Part shown: in pieces, positions 7,884 to 15,298 of the stretch
Layout: every line of letters starts with the position of its first letter
How positions within the stretch are numbered: the first letter of the stretch is position 1
From: Bacteriovoracaceae bacterium
GTDB lineage: Bacteria > Bdellovibrionota > Bacteriovoracia > Bacteriovoracales > Bacteriovoracaceae
Direction of reading: 5' to 3'
Length of the DNA: 22,053 nucleotides
NCBI GenBank assembly: GCA_041586955.1
Contig: JBFGZE010000057.1
Location: forward strand, 1 to 22,053
Position numbers and translations under genes: made by a program
The notes under the pieces: model-generated
What the model was told of the DNA's origin: nothing
The model's input: the letters and a program-made list of their open reading frames with translations, nothing else
Databases searched by the model: none

Positions 7884-8786
7884 TTATTTTAATAGCTTAG
7901 AGGCATCAATATTAATTGATTTAATCATATTTCTCAAGCCGTCGTAATCCTTGTCTGTTGAATCGACTAGGCCGTTGACAGAGTAAATATTTTTGAAAAC
8001 CTTTTTCCCTTCCTCTGTGCTGAGGAATTTCTTAAGGGCGGAAATGAACTTGTTTGTGATTTCCTTAGGAAGATCTTTTCTAAAGACAAATGGGTCATTA
8101 GGAATTTTTTCCGTGATGGCGACGATTTTTACAACATCTTCAACGTCCGGGAATTGAGTTTTTACACGGCTACGAGCATCGCGGATTGTACCATCTTCAG
8201 CGGGAGCTGAGTAATAAGTGGCGCCAGCATCAACTTGCTTTTGATAAATCATTGTCACAACATTGTCATGCTTAATTGCAAATGTCGTATTACCTGTAGT
8301 GACGGAGCTGTCCTTGAGCATTTTAAGAGGAAACATATAACCGCTGGTAGAAGAGGGGTCAGTGAAAGCAAATTTCTTTCCCTCTAGATCTTTCAACGTT
8401 TTAATATTGGAATCTTTATGAGCAATAATCTGACCTTGATAATAGTCATGGCCATAACGGATGACACGTAGTTTTGCTTGTGCGCCATATTTTTCATTGG
8501 CCATTAGATAACCAAAAGAATTCATGACGCCGATATCAGCTCTTTTTGAACCAAAGGCCTCAACAACGGCAACGTAGTTAGTAGGGATACCTGTTTTGAA
8601 ATAGAGTCCTGTTTCTTTTTCAAGGAACTTAATAAACTCATCAGAGTTTGAAGCAATAGTTTCAGCGTCAACAGATGGGGTGAAATAAAGCTTTACAGGG
8701 TTGTTTACCGAACCAAGCTTGTCGTCTTTTTGGCAACCACCTAACAACATAATAGTGGCAATAAGGGGAAGAATTCTTTGGAACAT
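7884..8786 (-). CDS. phnD: Phosphate/phosphite/phosphonate ABC transporter substrate-binding lipoprotein
   Basis: PhnD-family motifs NYVAVVEA, DLEGKKFAFTDPSSTSGY, HD and IPNDPFVFR. Likely start is ATG 8786 after AAGGAG, giving lipoprotein signal MFQRILPLIATIMLLGG-C. Confidence 0.92.
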   Translation of the reverse strand: MFQRILPLIATIMLLGGCQKDDKLGSVNNPVKLYFTPSVDAETIASNSDEFIKFLEKETGLYFKTGIPTNYVAVVEAFGSKRADIGVMNSFGYLMANEKYGAQAKLRVIRYGHDYYQGQIIAHKDSNIKTLKDLEGKKFAFTDPSSTSGYMFPLKMLKDSSVTTGNTTFAIKHDNVVTMIYQKQVDAGATYYSAPAEDGTIRDARSRVKTQFPDVEDVVKIVAITEKIPNDPFVFRKDLPKEITNKFISALKKFLSTEEGKKVFKNIYSVNGLVDSTDKDYDGLRNMIKSINIDASKLLK

Positions 8787-8961
8787 GATCAATACTCCTT
8801 TCCAGGTTAGATTTTTCCCGTTTGTAACATGGTTGATAGTCGTCCAGCAATAGGTGTTTCTGGACATTATGGCAAATTTTTCCAGAAGAGTTGTTAGGGC
8901 AGGGATGGAAAGGGCCAATCGCCGATAGATCAGCATACCGTTTAATTTCCAGGATGAAACT

Positions 8962-10599
8962 ATGCATAATTTTAAGCGCTTAGCGCTTGCGAGCTTCTTA
9001 TTGTCTTTCTCTTCAATGACTTTTGCAAAGGTTTTTTATTTACAAAAAACTCAAGCTTTATCGGACCAAGCGGTGCCGATCTCTTTAACATATGGAAAGA
9101 AGAAGATAGAGGTTCGTTTCAACCTGCAAAAAATCGAGGGCATTGAGACTCAATCAGAAGAGGGTCAGACACTTTTTCGACTTAATCATCAATACCTAGG
9201 GCCCAATTATCAATACAACTCACCTCAAGTTCTAGGAAAGTCATATCTTTTAAAAGGTCACCCATCTGACTTTACAGTGAAGGTGCAAATGGGTGATGAA
9301 GCTCGTTTGATAGGAGTTATTCCTCCCTTGGTTCCAAAATACCCCTGTCGTTGCGAGGAAAAGCAGGCCATTCGTTGGCAAAGGCCTGGGAAAAAAGACC
9401 GAGTCACTTCTTACCGTTTAGAATTTTTAGGGGATTTTCGTGGCATTCCGCTGACAAAACTGACTCTGTTCCCCATGCATACTGAAAATGGTCGCAATCT
9501 GCTGGTTTATCCACGCGCCGTTTATCAGGTGCTGGGGAGAAAAACAGTATCACTATTTAATTGGCAGCAAAGTTGGTCCTCCACGAGGGCAGGTAAGGAT
9601 ATGCTTTTGATTGGGCGCCAGGACCTTTTAAAGGCCATGGCACCATGGAAAAAGAGGAGACAGGCCGAGGGGCTGACGATTCGCGAGATTTCGTTCAAGT
9701 CCGATACAATGGAATTGGCGCAATTGCAGGCGGAAGTTCACAAGGCCTATCAAACAAAAGCATTTCATTATGCTTATTTAATAGGTGATGAAAATCATTT
9801 GATTCCTTTTTACCGCAAGACCACTTATGACGAACAAACACCGACAGATTTACCGTTATTTTTAATGGGTGGGGCAAATGATGCTGTTCCAGATGTTTTA
9901 AGCGGGCGCTTGCCGGCCAATACGCCAGGAGAGGTGGCGATTGTACTCAATAAAATTTTGTCATATGACAACTCAATGAAGAAGGGCGCACCATGGCGGC
10001 GATTAAACGCTGTGGGGATTGCGAGTGATGAAGGATATAACCCAACAGACGTTGAATATATGGAAAAAATGATGTCTCCTTTACAAGATTCATTTAGTAC
10101 AAGGGTGAAGTATTTTTTTCAAAAGAATGTTAATTCGGACCCGGAGCTTATTAATCGTGAAATCAATGATGGGACTTATTGGCTCAACTATATTGGGCAT
10201 GGCTCAGGGGATTCATGGAGCTCTGTCAACCAGCGACCCTATTATTCAGAGGATGTGAAAAATCTCAACCAGAAGGGGACATACCCTATTATCATTGACG
10301 TTGCTTGCCAAAATGGTCGTTTTAATCGTGAAGGCCGCCTTGGTGAAACTTTTATTTTAAATCAATTCCAGGGGGCGGTTGCTTACCTTGGTGGTAGTGT
10401 TGATATTTCTTGGCATCCACCTGCTGTTATGGCAGTGGGGATTAATCAAGGGATGGCCGCCAGAAAATATGAAACTTTAGGTGAAGTCATTTTTGCCGGC
10501 CAAATGCACTTAATGAAAGAATTTAATTCTCGTGCTGAAGCATTAGAAAATTTCATTTGGTATCATCTCTTAGGAGACCCCTCCTTGGTCATTCCTTAA
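8962..10599 (+). CDS. Secreted C25 family (gingipain-like) cysteine peptidase
   Basis: Signal peptide (..SSMTFA-K). C25 motifs YLIGD, PDVLSGRLP, catalytic His in YIGHGS, catalytic Cys in DVACQNG, GAVAYLG and terminal YHLLGDPSL. Confidence 0.88.
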   Translation: MHNFKRLALASFLLSFSSMTFAKVFYLQKTQALSDQAVPISLTYGKKKIEVRFNLQKIEGIETQSEEGQTLFRLNHQYLGPNYQYNSPQVLGKSYLLKGHPSDFTVKVQMGDEARLIGVIPPLVPKYPCRCEEKQAIRWQRPGKKDRVTSYRLEFLGDFRGIPLTKLTLFPMHTENGRNLLVYPRAVYQVLGRKTVSLFNWQQSWSSTRAGKDMLLIGRQDLLKAMAPWKKRRQAEGLTIREISFKSDTMELAQLQAEVHKAYQTKAFHYAYLIGDENHLIPFYRKTTYDEQTPTDLPLFLMGGANDAVPDVLSGRLPANTPGEVAIVLNKILSYDNSMKKGAPWRRLNAVGIASDEGYNPTDVEYMEKMMSPLQDSFSTRVKYFFQKNVNSDPELINREINDGTYWLNYIGHGSGDSWSSVNQRPYYSEDVKNLNQKGTYPIIIDVACQNGRFNREGRLGETFILNQFQGAVAYLGGSVDISWHPPAVMAVGINQGMAARKYETLGEVIFAGQMHLMKEFNSRAEALENFIWYHLLGDPSLVIP

Positions 10600-10619
10600 T
10601 TTTTTCCTGAAGTCATCAT

Positions 10620-11609
10620 TTAGCGACGGGCGATAATGACGTATTCTTTTTTATGGGCCGGAACCTGGCGGCTTACGATATGATGAAACCCCCAGTCGTA
10701 AAATACATCTTCAAAGGTTTCAATATCATCGACATAATCGAGATTGGTCATTTGCATTGTTACAATGATTCCCTTTAAGCTATGGTTATACTTTTTACAG
10801 AGACGAAGGACTTCTTTTACTGCTTGGTTAGGGTTTAAGTTCAAATCGGCATTAACCCAATTGACGTCTTTAAAAGGTAGTTTCTCTTGTGATAAATCCT
10901 GTACGGCAGATTGAATAAACTTATAATTGAGATGATTCTCCACCGAGGCGTCCATTTTGGCGGTATCGACCCCCAGGACTTGGCAGCCCTGCTCGAGAAG
11001 ATATTGACTTACTCCTCCTGGAGCACTTCCAAAATCTATCCATTTATCACGGCGGTCAAACTTAATATTGAATAATTTAATAATTTGGGCAAATTTCAAA
11101 TACCCACGGGAAGGTGAGTCATCTGGCATTTTGATATTCGTCTCAGCGTTGGGGTATTTGGTAGTGGATTGGCCCGCACGATGAACTCCAAGCCATACTT
11201 CGCCTTCACCAAGGGAGATGAGGTTAAACACAGTCTTATTAATAAGGGCAGGTTTATTGATTTCTTGGGAGATTAAATTTTCAAGATCCAATTGATAATG
11301 AGTATTGATACTATAGTTATGAAAGGCGACTTTTTCTCCATCAATTTTTAATTTTTTGATTCCATTATTAATTAATTCTAAGACATTTTCGGAATGAGAT
11401 TTTCCCAGGCAAATTCCACAACGTGTGGCAAATGTTGGTTCGAGTTGAGCGATGGTGTTAAGGCCGTAGAGAACGCCTTTATTTTTATAAGTTAAAAATC
11501 CTTTTCTTGAATAACTAATCGTCAACTCAGGGTAAAAGGTGGCAATTTCCCTTTTTAAAAGAAGCTCATTGCCAACATTGGTGCAGAAGAAAATAAATTG
11601 ATCAGTCAT
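10620..11609 (-). CDS. RlmM/FtsJ-like SAM-dependent RNA 2'-O-methyltransferase
   Basis: PSRGYLK, SAM-binding IDFGSAPGG, GVD, ADLNLNP and H.KE. The N-terminal CTNVGNELLLKREI segment resembles RlmM-type proteins. Orthology to rlmM is not certain. Confidence 0.75.
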   Translation of the reverse strand: MTDQFIFFCTNVGNELLLKREIATFYPELTISYSRKGFLTYKNKGVLYGLNTIAQLEPTFATRCGICLGKSHSENVLELINNGIKKLKIDGEKVAFHNYSINTHYQLDLENLISQEINKPALINKTVFNLISLGEGEVWLGVHRAGQSTTKYPNAETNIKMPDDSPSRGYLKFAQIIKLFNIKFDRRDKWIDFGSAPGGVSQYLLEQGCQVLGVDTAKMDASVENHLNYKFIQSAVQDLSQEKLPFKDVNWVNADLNLNPNQAVKEVLRLCKKYNHSLKGIIVTMQMTNLDYVDDIETFEDVFYDWGFHHIVSRQVPAHKKEYVIIARR

Positions 11610-11748
11610 TGATACCTTTCTTGATTGATAGACTTTTCCTATGTCATTCGATTAAAGCTCAATGAAGCGGATAATAAAAGAATTATTTTATCATGGCGAA
11701 TATTCGGGGCAATTTCGCTCGCAATTCACAGCTTTAACACCTTGTATT

Positions 11749-11777
11749 TTGTTGGAGCTGAGATTCATTTTTATAAT
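11749..11777 (+). promoter_or_regulatory. Sigma70-like promoter, probably driving a leaderless mRNA
   Basis: TTGTTG (11749-11754)-N17-TATAAT (11772-11777), then 6 nt to ATG 11784. No SD sequence between the -10 and the ATG. Confidence 0.55.
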
Positions 11778-11783
11778 GGGACC

Positions 11784-12017
11784 ATGTCTCTCAATATTAA
11801 ACCGCTGATGCCCCTAGAGCATCCAGAGGTGACCCCGTCTTCAGAGCAGCTGACGCCTGCCGCTGGGGACCATTCTCGTAGTGAAGTTAATCGGAAATAT
11901 AATGAGGACCGACTTCTTCGCTATTTTGCAGAAAGTAAAACGAAGGGGGCAATTTCCGGTCCTAAAAAGAATAAGAAGAAAAAAGATTGGTATAGACGGC
12001 TTAATACTTATGGCTAA
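11784..12017 (+). CDS. Small basic hypothetical protein (77 aa)
   Basis: 3' part of ORF 11625..12017, starting at ATG 11784 (MSLNIKPLMPLEHPE...KKNKKKKDWYRRLNTYG). It fills an otherwise empty gap and has a well-placed -10 element. Confidence 0.6.
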   Translation: MSLNIKPLMPLEHPEVTPSSEQLTPAAGDHSRSEVNRKYNEDRLLRYFAESKTKGAISGPKKNKKKKDWYRRLNTYG

Positions 12018-12313
12018 TCAATGCTCATTAATCGACAGCCGTAATGGCGTTGATCAAATTTTGCAAGAGCGGTAAAGGACAGACCTTTGGCCCATATTGT
12101 ATGGGTTTTTTTATTGATTCCATAAGCGCTTACGGGGATGATTTGTTTGGCAAAAATAGCGCAATCTTGTTCACTTAATTCCTCGACATAAAGGCATGAG
12201 CAAAACTCTTTAGCAAAACTTGCGGCAACCGCTTTTGGGAAATCGCCGAGGTAAAAATATCCGCCAATTAATAGGCCTATAGCAATGAGTAGGACAAAAG
12301 TCACTTTTTTCAC
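12014..12313 (-). CDS. Small membrane-anchored Cys-containing protein, likely partner of the upstream serine hydrolase
   Basis: 99 aa with an N-terminal TM/signal helix, motifs AKEFCSCLYV and YGCRL, and 4 Cys. GTGA start/stop overlap with the hydrolase at 12310-12313. Confidence 0.8.
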   Translation of the reverse strand: MKKVTFVLLIAIGLLIGGYFYLGDFPKAVAASFAKEFCSCLYVEELSEQDCAIFAKQIIPVSAYGINKKTHTIWAKGLSFTALAKFDQRHYGCRLMSID

Positions 12314-13410
12314 AGCGCCTCCGTGTGAAAGCTATCACCCAATAAATCAAAAAACTTTTTGCGATCTAAACTTTTCTTTTTGTCACGAGAAGACCGGGCG
12401 AGCACTAATTGCATACTGGGTATAATTAATAAAGTTTGGCCTTGGTGACCGAGGGCCATATAAGCATCTGACGGTAACTTTTTATAGGGCCGGCCCAAAC
12501 CTCTTCCCTTGTTGGGAAGGTCAACGTTAAGCCACCAATGCATACCATAAGATTCTCTATTACTAGGCCCTTCTAAATGAGTTTGATTAAAACTAGGGGC
12601 CAATTTCATTGCTTGTTTTATATAGGAAGGAGAAAGAATTTGACGGTTGTTCCAGCGGCCATTTTGCAGATAGAATTGACCAAATTTTGCGAGGTCAAGA
12701 ATGCTGAGATAGAGATAACTGGAGCCAATAAATGTACCTTCATGATCTTTTTCCCAGGTTGCTGTCTGAATCCCTAGAGGAATAAATAATGAGTTCCAAG
12801 GAAAATGGTCATAAGTTGTCTTGGGCATCTTGGCCTTAAGCCATTTCATGACGAGATTGGTCTCGCCACTACTATAGCGAAATTTTTGACCGGGTTTGGC
12901 GATTGATCTTTGATTGAGAGAGGTGGCGCCCATATCTTTAAAGTTTTTGGTATAAAGCATTTCCACCACATTACTGCGAATAGGGTTACCCTCATAACCT
13001 TCTTGCCAATCTAGGCCAGAGCTCATTTGCATCAAGTGTTTAAGAGTGATTTGTTTTTTATATTGAGATTTGGCCATCGGAAAGGTTGCATCAAGGGTGT
13101 CGTCTAGGCGAATATAATTTTGTTGAATGGCGAGCCCGATGAGAGCATGGGTAAAGGATTTAGAGATGGACCAGACTCTGTGTTTTTGCTGACTGGAGAA
13201 AGGGGCGTCGCAACGCTCATAGGCCAATTTTCCTTTGAGCAGGATAACCATACAATCTGTAGTATGACCTTCTTTGCTATCCCAAGTATAGTCGAGAAAC
13301 CTTTGGAATTGATTTTTTTTAAAAAAGGTAGGTAATTGGTCAAACTTTTCGAAGGCCGAGAAATGGGAAACTGGCATAAGGGCAAGGCCTAGGGCGATTA
13401 GGATTTTCAT
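12310..13410 (-). CDS. Exported serine hydrolase, beta-lactamase class C/esterase-like fold
   Basis: SxxK (WSISKSF), LKHLMQMSSGL, PGQKFRYSSG (catalytic Tyr), YGMHWW and ALGHQGQ. N-terminal signal peptide. Confidence 0.9.
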   Translation of the reverse strand: MKILIALGLALMPVSHFSAFEKFDQLPTFFKKNQFQRFLDYTWDSKEGHTTDCMVILLKGKLAYERCDAPFSSQQKHRVWSISKSFTHALIGLAIQQNYIRLDDTLDATFPMAKSQYKKQITLKHLMQMSSGLDWQEGYEGNPIRSNVVEMLYTKNFKDMGATSLNQRSIAKPGQKFRYSSGETNLVMKWLKAKMPKTTYDHFPWNSLFIPLGIQTATWEKDHEGTFIGSSYLYLSILDLAKFGQFYLQNGRWNNRQILSPSYIKQAMKLAPSFNQTHLEGPSNRESYGMHWWLNVDLPNKGRGLGRPYKKLPSDAYMALGHQGQTLLIIPSMQLVLARSSRDKKKSLDRKKFFDLLGDSFHTEAL

Positions 13411-13416
13411 ATAATG

Positions 13417-13445
13417 ATTTTGCCAAAGTGAAGGGGGGCCGTAAA
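13417..13445 (-). promoter_or_regulatory. Sigma70-like promoter with extended -10, probably driving a leaderless mRNA
   Basis: Minus strand TTTACG (13445-13440)-N17-CAAAAT (13422-13417), preceded by TGn, then 6 nt to ATG 13410. No SD sequence. Confidence 0.5.
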
Positions 13446-13452
13446 TGAGTAT

Positions 13453-15060
13453 CTAAAGTAAGGAATGAAGATAAATAATATCCAGAATATCCATCCGTGG
13501 CTTGACTAAAACCCTCAGTCCATATTTTGAAATGAGGCCGTGAACATTAAGCTCTTTTTCTAGCACACGTGTCAACTCTTCATGTTGTAATTGGGGCAGC
13601 TGAATCTTTCTGCCCGGACGTAAATGGCGTTTTATTCTCCATATCATCATTTTGCAATGGTCTTGGTGATAAGTGGGAAGTAGCGGACAAAGTTGCTGCC
13701 ATTTTTCTAATATATCCTGCAAAACTAGACCGTGGGTCTCATGCAGAGTTTGAAAGCATAGTAGAAAGAAAGTGCAAAAATGTTTTTGGGGGAAATCTTG
13801 CCATTTATCATGGGCCATTTGCACATGATGGTAGGCACTATGGGTATCGCCACAATCCCAAAAGGTTTGGGATTGAATAAGATGGCGCATTCCTTCTTGG
13901 TAAGGAGTCAAATCTTTGAGGATAACTTCTTTATCTTCTTTAGGGTCGAGCCAAAGATTTTTAAGTGCAGTGGTTTTTCCGCGGAATACTTTTGGCCCCA
14001 TGCCGGGTAAATTTTCACAATGACCTTTCTGTGCGTTGAGAACACAATTGGTGACGGTATTTGGGGCGGTACCGTCCCAAATGATTTTTCCCCAATTCTT
14101 GGAGGGGCGAATCATATTTTTACCCATTAATTTTAGGAAATTGGCCTCCGTTTTTTTCTTTTTAGGCCACTCATTAGCGCGCTTTTGATGAGAGAGACTG
14201 CGCTGTTCATTACTCCATTTCATCGACCAGGGGAGGCAATGATCATGACCAGATTTAAGAGGTACATTAGTGAAGGAGAGAAAACTATCTTCTTTTAATT
14301 GATATTCATTTTTGACGAGGCCCTTGGGGCCAACATCTATTTCCAAAACGTCACCACTTTTAAAGGAGAGGTAAAGCCCCCAATTAGTAAAGGGTTTATG
14401 AGTTTTGAGAAATTTTAAAACTGATTTTTTATCATGACAATTCATCAGCAACATCGTGGCCAACTCCATAATGGGTAGGCCTTTTAGGTCAATTTCGGGG
14501 CTGAATTTTTGATGAATAGCAAGAGTCATTCCCTCGTCATTCATAGCTGTGACTCCAGGAAAGGGGACACCAATTGATTGCATGGAGAATAATTGAGGGT
14601 AATTTTTAAATTGGTAAACGAGGCCGCGCTCGAAACGATCGTAACTGCCCCATAGGGGAAAATCGAGTAGGCGAGCATGCATGGGCTGCCCGTCTTCATT
14701 GAGGCAAAAAATACTGGAGCATCCTAGTAAGCTTAATGGTAATTGTTTAATGCCTGAAATTGAACTAATGAGGTCAGGCAAAAAAAGGGTTTGGGCCAAG
14801 TGGCCTAGGGGTTCTTGAATGCCTTCCGAGTAGGCGCGTATCCAACCCTTAAATTCCCCCTCGGACTTAAGGTAGGGGTATATCGCTGCGGAAGTAAATG
14901 TCTTGATCAGTTGATTAATGCGCCGGTCTGATGTCAGAAATTGGGCATCCATATGATGGAAAATAGGAGAGTTTAAGGCCCGGTCTTTGAGTCCTAATTG
15001 GTAATAATTTTCTTCCGGATCACCGATAAGTCGAGAGAGAGGGGTATAACCCTTTTCCAT
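13453..15060 (-). CDS. C45 family autoproteolytic Ntn-hydrolase/acyltransferase with C-terminal helical domain
   Basis: N-terminal pro-segment (GDPEENYYQLG), G-C114-S-S autocleavage site, HARLLDF, TAMNDEGMTLA and FTN. RBS GAAGGA. No signal peptide. Confidence 0.78.
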   Translation of the reverse strand: MEKGYTPLSRLIGDPEENYYQLGLKDRALNSPIFHHMDAQFLTSDRRINQLIKTFTSAAIYPYLKSEGEFKGWIRAYSEGIQEPLGHLAQTLFLPDLISSISGIKQLPLSLLGCSSIFCLNEDGQPMHARLLDFPLWGSYDRFERGLVYQFKNYPQLFSMQSIGVPFPGVTAMNDEGMTLAIHQKFSPEIDLKGLPIMELATMLLMNCHDKKSVLKFLKTHKPFTNWGLYLSFKSGDVLEIDVGPKGLVKNEYQLKEDSFLSFTNVPLKSGHDHCLPWSMKWSNEQRSLSHQKRANEWPKKKKTEANFLKLMGKNMIRPSKNWGKIIWDGTAPNTVTNCVLNAQKGHCENLPGMGPKVFRGKTTALKNLWLDPKEDKEVILKDLTPYQEGMRHLIQSQTFWDCGDTHSAYHHVQMAHDKWQDFPQKHFCTFFLLCFQTLHETHGLVLQDILEKWQQLCPLLPTYHQDHCKMMIWRIKRHLRPGRKIQLPQLQHEELTRVLEKELNVHGLISKYGLRVLVKPRMDILDIIYLHSLL

Positions 15061-15092
15061 TAATATTCCTTCAAGGTTGAACTATGGGTATT

Positions 15093-15121
15093 ATTTTAAA
15101 TGGAAGTGATATATTGAGCAA
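15093..15121 (-). promoter_or_regulatory. Sigma70-like promoter for the C45 hydrolase
   Basis: Minus strand TTGCTC (15121-15116)-N17-TAAAAT (15098-15093). Confidence 0.55.
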
Positions 15122-15298
15122 TTGGCATCTCAATTTCCTATTAACAATTTTTGCTTTTATGCGCATTTTTTGGGAGTTCCTTCCGGTTTCATTAGAATCT
15201 CTGCCCCTCACTCGTTACCTCTACCAGGGGCAGGCGGGTATTAGTTTTCATCGCTTTGGCCTGATTATGGCAATTGGCCATCTCTTCTGCCAGGTTCC

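Noticed and set aside
5830..8786. Phosphonate degradation (C-P lyase) or phosphite oxidation operon
   Set aside because: Only transporter genes are present; there is no phnG-M, phnX or ptxD in the window.
8787..8936. 50-aa N-terminal extension of PhnD
   Set aside because: It would bury the lipoprotein signal; ATG 8786 has an AAGGAG SD.
11625..11783. 5' part of the 130-aa ORF
   Set aside because: TTG start without SD, spanning the divergent promoter region; ATG 11784 is better supported.
12310..15060. Beta-lactam resistance or biosynthesis cluster
   Set aside because: The hydrolase has YSS and GHQG rather than the AmpC YxN and KTG motifs, and no NRPS or IPNS is present; fold similarity alone is insufficient.
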